In this document: piece after piece, positions 1 through 8,604 of the stretch
Layout of the letters: each line of letters starts with the position of its first letter
How positions within the stretch are numbered: the first letter of the stretch is position 1
Assembly (NCBI GenBank): GCA_041743205.1
Contig: JBGTNF010000149.1
Span: forward strand, 1 to 40,647
Reading direction: 5' to 3'
Length of the DNA stretch: 40,647 bases
From: Thermomicrobiales bacterium
GTDB lineage: Bacteria; Chloroflexota; Chloroflexia; Thermomicrobiales; UBA6265
Notes under the pieces: generated by a model
What the model was told of the DNA's origin: nothing
Seen by the model: only the letters and a program-made list of their open reading frames with translations
Database searches by the model: none
Made by a program: the position numbers and the translations under genes

Positions 1-1397
1 AATCGACGACCCGGGCATTGAACGACGTGGGTCAGGGCCTGAACCGGATTCGCGCCGAGTTCGAGCGCATGGGGATCCAGACTGGTCAGCACGCCAACTC
101 GCTGAACGCCTTGCTGGGCCAGCAGGCGGAAATCGCCCGCGACAAGCTGATCGACGCGTTCCTGGCTCTCGGCGATTTGCTGGGCGATCTGGCCCAACCC
201 GCGTACGGCGTCGCCCGCGATCCGGCCCGCCTGGGCCGCCTGTTCGGCGCCGGTGATGGCCTTGTCGGCCGTTTCCGCCAGGTTGGAGGCTGCCAGCGAC
301 AATTGCCGGTTGACCGCCTGGTCGCTCTGGATTGCCGAGGAGGTCATGCGTTCCAGATTCGTAACGGCGGCGAGGAGGCTGCGCTGCTGGTCGCCTGACC
401 CGCTGACCTCGCTGGCGAGATCCTCGAGCGAGGTTTCCAGCCCGGAAGAAACTTGCCGCAGGTCGACGAGCAGTCGATGCAACTCCTCGGCGCCCGCCCG
501 CATACCGCTGGCGAACTTGCCGAAGTCGGCGAATTCCTGCTCGCGGCGCGAAGCCAGGCTTTCGAGGCGGTCGTGCTCGACCTGGAGTTGGGTCAGGAGT
601 TCCTGGCTGCCGCGATCGAAGCGATCGGCCAACCGCTCCACGCTGTCGGCGAGCTGGGCCGGGCGGTTGGTGCGGTCGCCGGCCAGGATCACCCCGGCCT
701 CGGCGAGCACGTTATCGAACTCGGCCTGGAAATCGGCGGCTGTGTCCGCGATCTGGTCTTCTTGCCGTTCTCGCCGCCCATGCGTGTAGAAGGTCAGCAC
801 GATCATGACGATGATCACCGCTGCATCGATCAACGCGACCGTCGAAAACGACGGCGAGAGCAAGCCAGTCTCCCCGCCGAACCCACGCTGCCAGAGCAGC
901 AGGAAGGGCGTCGCCGACTGGTCAGGGTTCTCCGCCAGGAAACGATCGTAGGCGCGGGAGGCTTCGGCCAGAGCCGCCCACGTCAGGAGGATCGGCACCA
1001 GCACGAGCACGTTGCGGACCTTGTCGGCCACTTCGACGCGTGCCGGGGCATACCCGCCCTCACGACGAACCGCGTAGGAATGCGACAGCCGGTCGGTGTT
1101 GAAGGCGCGACGCAGGTCGACATCCGACCAACGGGTGCGGCCCGTTTCCGAAGTCAATGCGTTGCCCAGATCCTGGAGCCGGGAGGATGACCGCTCGTCG
1201 ACATCGGAAAGCGAACCGGCGATGCCCTGGATTTCCGACGCGACGTTGGACGCGCTGGTCCAGATACTGCCCTGGTGGGCGCCGTTCGGCGCCTGCGTCG
1301 AACGGGTCGAACCGTTCGGTCCCACGAAGTCCCATTCGGGGTGTTCCCGGGTTTCATCGGACGAAGTCGTCCCCCGGTTCCTGGTTCGAAGTGTCAA
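1..1397 (-). CDS. Partial membrane-anchored coiled-coil protein of unknown function; its 3' end runs off the left edge of the window
   Basis: The minus frame is open from the stop at 1452-1454 down to position 1. It is absent from the ORF track because it has no stop in the window. My translation gives ASNVASEIQGIAGSLSDVDE, then two hydrophobic helices (VRNVLVLVPILLTWAALAEA and FSTVALIDAAVIIVMIVLTFY), then a long E/Q/A/L/R-rich heptad-like region (LADSVERLADRFDRGSQELLTQLQVEHDRLESLASRREQEF...). The + ORFs 253..789 and 453..1190 read as antisense nonsense over the TM segments (HDHDDDHRCIDQRDRRKRRRE). The start is uncertain: TTG 1397 or GTG 1325. The part below about 255 is uncertain (see findings). 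Confidence 0.55.
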   Translation of the reverse strand, partial: MTLRTRNRGTTSSDETREHPEWDFVGPNGSTRSTQAPNGAHQGSIWTSASNVASEIQGIAGSLSDVDERSSSRLQDLGNALTSETGRTRWSDVDLRRAFNTDRLSHSYAVRREGGYAPARVEVADKVRNVLVLVPILLTWAALAEASRAYDRFLAENPDQSATPFLLLWQRGFGGETGLLSPSFSTVALIDAAVIIVMIVLTFYTHGRRERQEDQIADTAADFQAEFDNVLAEAGVILAGDRTNRPAQLADSVERLADRFDRGSQELLTQLQVEHDRLESLASRREQEFADFGKFASGMRAGAEELHRLLVDLRQVSSGLETSLEDLASEVSGSGDQQRSLLAAVTNLERMTSSAIQSDQAVNRQLSLAASNLAETADKAITGAEQAAQAGRIAGDAVRGLGQIAQQIAESQERVDQLVAGDFRLLAQQGVQRVGVLTSLDPHALELGANPVQALTHVVQCPGRR

Positions 1398-1542
1398 CGG
1401 CGTGACCCTTTCCGTGGCCGAACGGTCCTGTGGGGGCGTTGCACGGGTCCACTACAATCGGTCTGATTGCGTATCGCCGGTGATTCAGGAACGACACGAG
1501 CGTTCGGCACGAGCGCGGCAACTGGTGAGAGGACGGTCAAAC

Positions 1543-3891
1543 GTGGACAGGCTCGCTCGATTCCAAAACGCACTGGCGGAGCGTCGCGTTCCGGCCCTGA
1601 CGGAATTGCACGCCCGAGCTGTCCTCGATCGGGCGGGACGCCCCCATGTTGTTGCGGGAAACAACGCGCTCGTCGCGCGGCTCAGGCGGGCGGACGGCGA
1701 CGACGTTGCTCTACGTATCGTAGCATCCGCAGGCAAGAAGCGTGATTTGGCGATTCGCTACGCGGCCCTGGCGGATTTCCAGCAGTCCCGTTCGCTCGTC
1801 CGTTTGCCGTCGGCCATTGACCTCGTCCATGACGGTCTGCCTGATCTCGGAAGTGGTGATGCGGACGATTCGAGCACTGATTTGGGCATGGTCATGGAGT
1901 GGATTCCCGGACCGACCCTGCTCCAGGGAATCGACCGTGCGTCCCATGCCGGCAACGTCGAGGTCATCCGGGCACTTTCGGCCGCCTACGTGCAGTTGTG
2001 GAACGATCTGCGGAAGGTCGAGTTTACGCATGGCGACTTCACCGCCCAGAACCTGATGGTCCGCGCCAACGGCCAGCTTGCCTGTGTCGACCTCGACGGC
2101 GCCGCCTGGGATGACGCCCCATTCGGCCCCGACGGTGAAGGTACGGCTGCTTACCGGCATCCCACGCTCCACCGCGACGCCACGCTTCGTGATGCGTTCG
2201 CTGCCCTGGTGATCGTGACGTCGCTGGCGATCCTCGCTGATGCGCCGGATCTTCGTGATGCTTACGGCGATGCGCCAACGGCCATCGATGGAGCGATCCT
2301 CTTCTCGGCGTGGGATATCGCCGATCCCTCGACGTCCCGCGCGTTTGCCGATGCCGCCGCCCGCGTCACCCCGTCGACGCGGGCCCTGCTGGACGGATTG
2401 CACGCAGCCTGCCTGGGCAACGCCGTCGACGTGTACGAGGCGTGCACGTTGCTGCCACGGATGCGGATGCCCCCAGCTCTGGCGGCCCTGGCGTCCGTGG
2501 CGGCGACGGTGACGGAACCACCACCCGTTGCGACTGGCTGGAATGTCGGCCCCGTGGTCGAGCGGATGCGGGCCCATTACTCCGATACCTGGAACACCGA
2601 CCCGGCCGCCGTCGGTGACGAGAAGCGCAATAGGCAACCGGTGCCGACCGTGGCGCCTTCGAGAGCGGATGAGCAGGGTTGGGGCGCTGTGGCGGTCGCT
2701 GCGCCAGAACCGGTCACCAGCGACGATCTGGCCGAGTTGACGACGGCGATCGAGCGCAACGACGAATCCGAAGTGGTCCGCATCTGGTCGCAAATCGGTC
2801 ATGACCCGCTCGCCAGCCTGCTCGCGGGTGATGTCGAGCGAGTGGTCGCGGCGGGCTACGACCGTCGGGTTGTCGCCGAGTCCCGACGCAAGCGCGATGG
2901 CGCCGTGGTTGCGGTCGCCGCCGAGGCCGGGGAGCGGCGCATTCCGCTGGGGCCTCAGGCACGCGCGATCGTGCGCCAGGCCAGCGAGCGAAACACTGTG
3001 CGGAAGGAGCTCGCGTCGGCGCTGGAAGGGGGAGATCGACGCAGCCTGGCGGAGTTGGCCGTGTCCGGCCGGCTCGTAGTGCTCGGCGACGCCGATCGCG
3101 ACTCACTGCAAAAGGTGCTGCAGGCGATCGAGTGGCCCGCGCTGCAACGGGCGATCCAGACCGATGACGATGTGCTGATCGCCGCCGCGTTCGATGACGA
3201 CCTCTTCGAGGGAGCCAACCTGCTCGACGATGGGGTGCGGGAACGGATCGACCTCGCCCGCCAGCGGATCAAGTGGCTGGCGGCGGCACGCGCCGCGCTC
3301 GCAAAGCGGGACACCTTCCGGCTTCGGGAACTGCTGATCGAGCCGCCTGATGGCGCGCCGGAGCGCCTGAGCAGCCCGGAACGGCGCCGGATCCGCCGCG
3401 CCATCGAGCGGCGTCACGCGCTCGCCGAACTGGACACCGCGATCAAGGGCGACGACGACGGCGCAATCATCGTGTCGCTGAACCGTGTCGAACGCGTCGG
3501 AGCCCGGATTTCCGACCCTGCCACCTGGGCGCGGGTGCAGCAGGTCGTCGAGCGGGAGTCGATCATTGATGAACTGCTCCAGGCGGCGGATGCCCAGCCA
3601 CTGGATCACGTGCGCATCGCCCAGCTGATTCCGGCTCTGAAGGCGCTGGGGCTGGAACGCGACCCGCGCCTGGGCGACGACGAACTCGTCGATCGTCTAG
3701 AAGCCCACGTCATCCGGATGGCGCACGTGCGCCGGATCCGGGCGGCCATCACCCGCGACAACGACGTGGCGATCATGGTGGCGGCGGTGCCCGACCCGCG
3801 GAACGCACTCGACATGCTGACCGAGCCGGAGCGGGATCGGGTCGCCGCCGCCATCAAGGCCCGTCGCAACGCCGAGCGGGCGCAGGCGTGA
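1543..3891 (+). CDS. Atypical protein-kinase-like fold protein with a long C-terminal helical-repeat region
   Basis: This is the inner part of ORF 1096..3891. The proposed start is GTG 1543, with GAGAGGA 9 nt upstream. The upstream part of the ORF overlaps the divergent gene and looks non-coding. Kinase-like motifs are FTHGDFTAQNLMV (an HGDxxxxN catalytic-loop type) and ACVDLDGA (in the DFG position). The usual VAIK lysine position reads VALRI. From about nt 2700 onward a motif A[IL]xxxD(D/N)Dxx[IL] recurs about six times, interleaved with LxxPERxR[IV]xxA-like segments. Confidence 0.65.
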   Translation: MDRLARFQNALAERRVPALTELHARAVLDRAGRPHVVAGNNALVARLRRADGDDVALRIVASAGKKRDLAIRYAALADFQQSRSLVRLPSAIDLVHDGLPDLGSGDADDSSTDLGMVMEWIPGPTLLQGIDRASHAGNVEVIRALSAAYVQLWNDLRKVEFTHGDFTAQNLMVRANGQLACVDLDGAAWDDAPFGPDGEGTAAYRHPTLHRDATLRDAFAALVIVTSLAILADAPDLRDAYGDAPTAIDGAILFSAWDIADPSTSRAFADAAARVTPSTRALLDGLHAACLGNAVDVYEACTLLPRMRMPPALAALASVAATVTEPPPVATGWNVGPVVERMRAHYSDTWNTDPAAVGDEKRNRQPVPTVAPSRADEQGWGAVAVAAPEPVTSDDLAELTTAIERNDESEVVRIWSQIGHDPLASLLAGDVERVVAAGYDRRVVAESRRKRDGAVVAVAAEAGERRIPLGPQARAIVRQASERNTVRKELASALEGGDRRSLAELAVSGRLVVLGDADRDSLQKVLQAIEWPALQRAIQTDDDVLIAAAFDDDLFEGANLLDDGVRERIDLARQRIKWLAAARAALAKRDTFRLRELLIEPPDGAPERLSSPERRRIRRAIERRHALAELDTAIKGDDDGAIIVSLNRVERVGARISDPATWARVQQVVERESIIDELLQAADAQPLDHVRIAQLIPALKALGLERDPRLGDDELVDRLEAHVIRMAHVRRIRAAITRDNDVAIMVAAVPDPRNALDMLTEPERDRVAAAIKARRNAERAQA

Positions 3892-3910
3892 TCACCGTAA
3901 GCTGGCCGTC

Positions 3911-4058
3911 GTAGGGCTGCCGAGCTTGTCTCGACCCATGGCCGCAAAGTCTGGTAGCCTGCACGGAGAGCGTTGCGTGAGCGTCAACTGCACGTAGACC
4001 GGTTCTCAGGATGGTTGATATTGCCTGCCACGGGCGGACACAAGGTCCGCAGCCCTAC
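3911..4058. repeat. Convergent pair of GTAG-headed REP-like hairpin units (3911-3941 forward, 4028-4058 reverse)
   Basis: Unit 1 is GTAGGGCTG-CCGAG-CTTGT-CTCGA-CCCATGG. The reverse complement of unit 2 is GTAGGGCTG-CGGAC-CTTGT-GTCCG-CCCGTGG. The pair lies between two convergent genes. Confidence 0.7.
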
Positions 4059-4111
4059 GAACCGTGGTCTTTGACCAACTTGGTGGTCGCCCGAGATCCC
4101 GAAGAATCGCG

Positions 4112-5281
4112 TCAGGCGGGTACGGCCACCGGCTGTTCCCACCGGCCGGAGACGGCGCTTCGCGAAACGGCGTCGAGCACGGCCTGGTTCCTGAATCCGT
4201 CCTCGAACGATGGGGCCGGATTGACGCCGGTCCGGATCCCGTCCAGCAAATCCTTCACCACGTGAACGTGGGTGTGCTCCCAGCCGATGATGTGGCCGGC
4301 TGGCCACCACGCGCCGGTGAACGGATGGACGCTTTCCGTGACGTTGATCGTGCGGAAGCCCTGCAGTCCGGATTCGTCCTCGCGGAAGTAGACTTCGAGC
4401 TCGTTCAGGCGCTCGAGGTTGAAGACGATGCTGCCGAGCGACCCGTTGACCTCGAAACTGTTGAAGTTCCGCCGCCCTGCCGCCATTCGGGTCGCCTCGA
4501 ACGTCCCGGTGGCGCCGTTCTCGAAGCGGGCGAGGAACGTGGTCGAGTCGTCCACCGTTACATCGCCCAGTTCGTCGCCCGCCGCCCAGCTCAGTCCGGA
4601 GCCGCCGGTGTTGCGGGCCTCGACCGGACGTTGCTTGATGAAGGTATCGAGCGTACCGGTCACGCTCGTCACCGGCGCGACGAGGAACTGCGACAGGTCG
4701 AGGATATGCGCGCCGATATCGCCGAGGGCGCCGGAGCCCGCGAACTCTTTCTTTAGCCGCCAGGCCAGCGGCACGCTCTCATCGACTAGCCAGTCCTGCA
4801 GGTACACGGCGCGCCAGTGGCGAATCTCGCCGAGCCGGCCCTCGTCGATCAGGCGCTTGGCAAACTGCACCGCGGGCACGCGCCGGTAGTTGAAATTCAC
4901 CATGTTGATCGTGCCGGCCTTGCGGGCGGCGAGCAGCATTTCCTCGGCTTCTTCGAGGCTGTTGGCGAGCGGTTTCTCGCACAGCACGTGCTTGCCCGCT
5001 TCGAGCGCCGCCAGCACAACATCCTTGTGCGTGTAGCCGGGCGTCGAGACATCGACAAGCCCGATGTCGTCCCGCTTGACCAGGTCGTGGAAATCGGTTT
5101 CCACGCTGTTCCATCCCAATTGGGCGGCGGCGGCCCAGGTCGCCGCCTGGTCACGCCCGCAGATCGCGGTCATCACCGGAACCGGGTCGACATCGAAGTA
5201 CCGCGCCACCTGCCGGTACGCGTTCGAATGCGCCCGCCCCATGAACTTGTAGCCAACGAGGCCTACGCCAATATTGGTCAT
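4112..5281 (-). CDS. Gfo/Idh/MocA-family NAD(P)-dependent oxidoreductase
   Basis: This is the inner part of ORF 4112..5434. The start is ATG 5281 (MTNIGVGLVGYKFMGRAH, a Rossmann N-terminus) with GGGAGA upstream. The LCEKPLA motif is typical of the family. The upstream 51 codons of the listed ORF run through a REP repeat. Confidence 0.85.
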   Translation of the reverse strand: MTNIGVGLVGYKFMGRAHSNAYRQVARYFDVDPVPVMTAICGRDQAATWAAAAQLGWNSVETDFHDLVKRDDIGLVDVSTPGYTHKDVVLAALEAGKHVLCEKPLANSLEEAEEMLLAARKAGTINMVNFNYRRVPAVQFAKRLIDEGRLGEIRHWRAVYLQDWLVDESVPLAWRLKKEFAGSGALGDIGAHILDLSQFLVAPVTSVTGTLDTFIKQRPVEARNTGGSGLSWAAGDELGDVTVDDSTTFLARFENGATGTFEATRMAAGRRNFNSFEVNGSLGSIVFNLERLNELEVYFREDESGLQGFRTINVTESVHPFTGAWWPAGHIIGWEHTHVHVVKDLLDGIRTGVNPAPSFEDGFRNQAVLDAVSRSAVSGRWEQPVAVPA

Positions 5282-5359
5282 GTTTCGTCTCCCATTTGAA
5301 GCCTGGTCTGATGCAAGGAACCCGGTTTTCTTGGCATGAATCGCCAAGTGGTGGAGGGA

Positions 5360-5450
5360 TGCGTAGGGGTCAACCTGGCCCCGCTGGATACGTGTTGACC
5401 CGAACCAGCCAACCGCGATGACTCGGGCGATCACGGAGGATCGCCCCTAC
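5360..5450. repeat. 91-bp composite REP-like element made of two opposed GTAG-headed hairpin units
   Basis: The sequence is TGCGTAGGGGTCAACctggccccgctggatacgtGTTGACCCGA, then a 21-nt core, then GGGCGATCacggagGATCGCCCCTAC. The outer 44 nt and 26 nt are identical to the reverse complement of 8605..8695. Confidence 0.75.
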
Positions 5451-5500
5451 CGACGTGTGAGAGTCGGCGCTTTACGGGTGCCCGATTCGTGTAACCATCT

Positions 5501-6463
5501 TCACACCCACCACGCTTCGCCGGGCGTTTCCCGGATGACCGTCGTTTTCAGGAACTCCACAGCCTTCGTGAAGCCTTCGTTCGTGCTCATCAGCGAATCT
5601 TCGTGCTCGATCGAGAGGGCTCCGTCGTACCCCGCCAGGCGCAGCTCCGACACCAGCGAACGCCAGAATTCGGGACCGTGGCCGTACCCGACCGTCCGGA
5701 AGATCCAGGAACGGTTGACCTCATCCGTGTATTGCTTGGTGTCGAGCACGCCATTGCGCCGGATATTCGGCTGGTCCAGCCAGGTGTCCTTCATGTGGAC
5801 GTGGAAGATGGCGTCCTTGAGCTCCCGCACGCAAACGAGTGGGTCCATGCCCTGCCAGAAGAGGTGGGACGGATCGAAGTTGACGCCGATCGCGTCGCCG
5901 CCGATCTCGCGCAGTCTCCAGAACGACTCGGTGTGATAACCGAGAAAACCTGGGTGCAGCTCGATCGCCACCCGCACGCCGTTGTCGGCGGCGAACTTCC
6001 CGGCGTCGGACCAGTACGGCGTGGCGACCTCGTCCCACTGCCACTTGAGGACATCGGCGAAATCGGTTGGCCACGGGCAGGTCACCCAGTTCGGGTACTT
6101 CGCGTTTTCGTGATCGCCCGGGCAGCCCGAGAACGTGATGACGTTCTGGACGCCAAGCTGGCTGGCGAGCCGCACGGTTTTCCGGAACGAATCGTCATCG
6201 GCTCGCGCCGCCGCCTTGTTGGGATGCAGTGGGTTCCCGTGACACGACAGCGCGCTGATTTCCAGGCCGCGGCTCGTGATCAGGCTGACATAGTCCTTCT
6301 GGGCGGCGGCATTGTCGACCAGCGCATCCAGGTCGCAGTGGCTGTTGCCGGGCGCTCCGCCGGTGCCGATCTCGACCGCTTCCACGCCGGCGTCCCGAAT
6401 GTAGTCGAGTGCTTCCTCGAATGGACGCTGGGCGAACAGGACGGTAAATACGCCGATCTTCAT
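5501..6463 (-). CDS. Sugar phosphate isomerase/epimerase (xylose-isomerase-like TIM barrel)
   Basis: This is the inner part of ORF 5501..6574. The start is ATG 6463 (MKIGVFTVLF) with AAGGAGGA upstream. Family-like segments are AIELHPG, FDPSHL, HVHMKD and SIEHED. The opposite-strand ORF 5603..6676 reads as antisense. Confidence 0.85.
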   Translation of the reverse strand: MKIGVFTVLFAQRPFEEALDYIRDAGVEAVEIGTGGAPGNSHCDLDALVDNAAAQKDYVSLITSRGLEISALSCHGNPLHPNKAAARADDDSFRKTVRLASQLGVQNVITFSGCPGDHENAKYPNWVTCPWPTDFADVLKWQWDEVATPYWSDAGKFAADNGVRVAIELHPGFLGYHTESFWRLREIGGDAIGVNFDPSHLFWQGMDPLVCVRELKDAIFHVHMKDTWLDQPNIRRNGVLDTKQYTDEVNRSWIFRTVGYGHGPEFWRSLVSELRLAGYDGALSIEHEDSLMSTNEGFTKAVEFLKTTVIRETPGEAWWV

Positions 6464-6672
6464 CGTGTGGTCCTCCTTTGGACACGTTGTCGTCAACATC
6501 GGCATCATACCGAGCGCTTTGCCGGGCGGCAACCGATGCTTCCGACCGTCGATCCAGGCTCTGCTACAGTACATGCCGTACGCACACGCCTGACGGCTCC
6601 GGTCAGTGACCCCGGGTATCAGGGGGCATCCAGCCAGGCGACCATGTCCGGAATCGTGAACGACGACGTGCC

Positions 6673-8193
6673 ATGACCGACACCGACCTTGAAAACAGGC
6701 AAACTGCCTCCAACCGAAGCGTCATCGGTGGCCGCTACGAGGTCTTTCTTGACCAATCGCTGGGATCAGGCGGCCTGGCCCGCGTCTACCGCGGCCGCGA
6801 TCTGCGCGCAAGGCGCGATGTCGCGATCAAGACGCTGCGTGAAGAATTCCGCGCCGATCCCGAGTCGCGGCGGCGCTTCCGCCAGGAAGCGCGGATGATG
6901 GCGTTCGCGTCCCATCCCGGCCTGGTGACCATCTACGATCTGCTGGAGCAGGCCAGTGAATCGTGGATCGTGATGGAGCTGGCGCCGGGGCCGAACCTGA
7001 AACGGGTGGTCGAGCGAGATGGCCCGTTCGCTCCCCCTGACGTGGTGAGGATGTTGGAAGGCATCGCCGATGCGCTCGACCACCTGCACTCGCGAGCGAT
7101 CGTGCATCTTGACATAAAGCCGCAAAACCTGATCCGAATGGACGATGGATCGATCAAGCTCATCGATTTCGGGCTCGCGCAATCCGTCGCCCCACGACAG
7201 GACACGGTCGGCGGGGCTGCCTTCGGGACCGCTGCTTACCTCTCTCCCGAGCAGGCCCGAGGTGAGGCCGTCGACCAGCGAACGGACATTTACGCGTTGG
7301 GGTGTGTAGCCTACGAACTTCTGACAGGCCAACCGCCGTTCCTTGTCGCCGAGGGAGCGGACCAAAAGACCCAGCTCATCGATCGTCATCTGACGGAGAT
7401 TCCCGAGCCGCCGTCCCTCGTTCGGCCCGATCTGGACGTGCCGCGATGGGTGGACGAGGTCGTGGGCCGAGCGCTCGAAAAGGAACCCCAGGATCGTTAC
7501 CCGTCCGTGAGGGACTTCGCCCAAGCCGCCCGGAACGGGCTGGAACGAGCCGCCTACCCGTCGCGTGACCGTACTGAGGCGCTGCCCGCCCGCCAGCGAG
7601 CGGAGCCCCGCATCCGCTGGAACCGGCCGGTTCGGCAACGTCCCGCCGCCCCCGCCCCTCCGGATCCGGAACCGATCGTCACTGGACCATCGCTCGGCCG
7701 GCGCGCCTGGAACCGTGGCGGCCGGATCGCCCGCCGAACGCGGCCGATGGGGCGCACGATCTGGCGCCTGGCCCTGATCTTCGCCATCGGCAACCTGATC
7801 CTGGGGTCGGTCCTGATCGTGCGCGAAGGGCCCGAGTCGCTGGACCAGCGATTCCTGTCGGTCGTGCCCGGCGCGACAACGCAGGTGGCGGTCGACAGCC
7901 TGAACCTGCGGACCGGTCCCGGTTCGGAAAACCCGGTCGTCACCGTCCTCGAATTCGGCGACGACGTCGAGGTAACCGGGCTGTCGGACACCGATGCGCA
8001 GGGTCAGTGGTGGCCGGTCGACGTCGAACGGGACGGAGAACGATACGAAGGCTGGGTTTGGGGCGAGGGGATCCAGCCGAACGAGTGGACTGGCCGGCTG
8101 TCGTTCATGCAGGGGATCGTCGAGGGCGGCCAGGACGTTCGTGATCAGGTGCGTGACGGCATCGACACGGTCACCGGCCTGTGGCATTTCTGA
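6673..8193 (+). CDS. Hanks-type Ser/Thr protein kinase with one TM helix and an extracellular SH3b-like domain
   Basis: Kinase motifs present are the Gly-loop LGSGGLARVY, VAIKTL, the catalytic loop HLDIKPQNL, DFG and SPE. A TM helix (IWRLALIFAIGNLILGSVLIV) follows a Pro/Arg-rich linker. The C-terminus (VAVDSLNLRTGPGSENPVVTVLEFGDDVEVTG...WWPV) resembles a bacterial SH3 domain. No in-frame start lies upstream of 6673; the nearest in-frame stop is at 6607. Confidence 0.85.
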   Translation: MTDTDLENRQTASNRSVIGGRYEVFLDQSLGSGGLARVYRGRDLRARRDVAIKTLREEFRADPESRRRFRQEARMMAFASHPGLVTIYDLLEQASESWIVMELAPGPNLKRVVERDGPFAPPDVVRMLEGIADALDHLHSRAIVHLDIKPQNLIRMDDGSIKLIDFGLAQSVAPRQDTVGGAAFGTAAYLSPEQARGEAVDQRTDIYALGCVAYELLTGQPPFLVAEGADQKTQLIDRHLTEIPEPPSLVRPDLDVPRWVDEVVGRALEKEPQDRYPSVRDFAQAARNGLERAAYPSRDRTEALPARQRAEPRIRWNRPVRQRPAAPAPPDPEPIVTGPSLGRRAWNRGGRIARRTRPMGRTIWRLALIFAIGNLILGSVLIVREGPESLDQRFLSVVPGATTQVAVDSLNLRTGPGSENPVVTVLEFGDDVEVTGLSDTDAQGQWWPVDVERDGERYEGWVWGEGIQPNEWTGRLSFMQGIVEGGQDVRDQVRDGIDTVTGLWHF

Positions 8194-8349
8194 CACCGTC
8201 AACGGGAAAGCCCCGGATTGTGACGGAATCGCAACATTTCGTTGCCGGCTCGCAACAGTTCGGTCTTTGGCACGCCACAATCGATCGGCACAATGAGTCT
8301 TGTCAGTCAACTGGACGCCTGACCGTCCGGTTCGCCCCGAGGAGACTCC

Positions 8350-8529
8350 ATGATGACCATTGTCGCCATTACCATCGTTGCATTTGTCGCCATGCTCTTC
8401 GCCGCCATGGCGATCGCTCCGGCCATGATCGAACTGAGCCAGCCGCAGGCGGCGCCGAAGCCGTCGCTCAGGCTCGTCGAGCCGTCGCCAGAGGTGGACG
8501 TGGCGCCGCAGCAGCCGGAGGCCGCCTGA
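8350..8529 (+). CDS. Small single-pass membrane protein of 59 aa, hypothetical
   Basis: It is not in the ORF track because it is under 60 aa. ATG 8350 is preceded by GAGGAG. The translation is MMTIVAITIVAFVAMLFAAMAIAPAMIELSQPQAAPKPSLRLVEPSPEVDVAPQQPEAA, with stop TGA at 8527-8529. It has a hydrophobic N-terminal helix, a Pro/Ala/Glu tail and G/C-rich third codon positions. Confidence 0.4.
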   Translation: MMTIVAITIVAFVAMLFAAMAIAPAMIELSQPQAAPKPSLRLVEPSPEVDVAPQQPEAA

Positions 8530-8604
8530 GCGGCCGGGCCGTTCACCATTGACACCTGCCGGTCTAAACACTGCATGAACCGACCCAACATCTGAACAAC
8601 GTGG

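Noticed and set aside
18-398. + strand ORF of 126 aa at the left edge as an independent gene
   Set aside because: Its last 60 or so residues read as nonsense, and it fully overlaps the open minus-strand frame that carries two TM helices further on. I keep it only as a caveat, under the strand-signal finding.
6644-6676. 10-codon uORF (MSGIVNDDVP) whose stop overlaps the kinase ATG as ATGA
   Set aside because: It has a weak ribosome-binding site and is simply the tail of the antisense ORF 5603..6676. Nothing distinguishes it from chance.
8268-8282. TGGCAC as a sigma-54 -24 element upstream of the small ORF
   Set aside because: The expected TTGC(A/T) at the -12 position after a 5-nt spacer is absent; the sequence there is AATC.
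6766-8571. 601-aa minus-strand ORF opposite the Ser/Thr kinase. Similar long antisense ORFs are 1711..2802, 5603..6676, 13323..14435, 15635..16786, 19849..20964, 34024..35478 and 35345..36265.
   Set aside because: Each is antisense to a gene with clear family motifs. All have Arg/Gly/Pro/Asp-rich low-complexity translations. Open antisense frames are expected in high-GC DNA because stop codons are rare.
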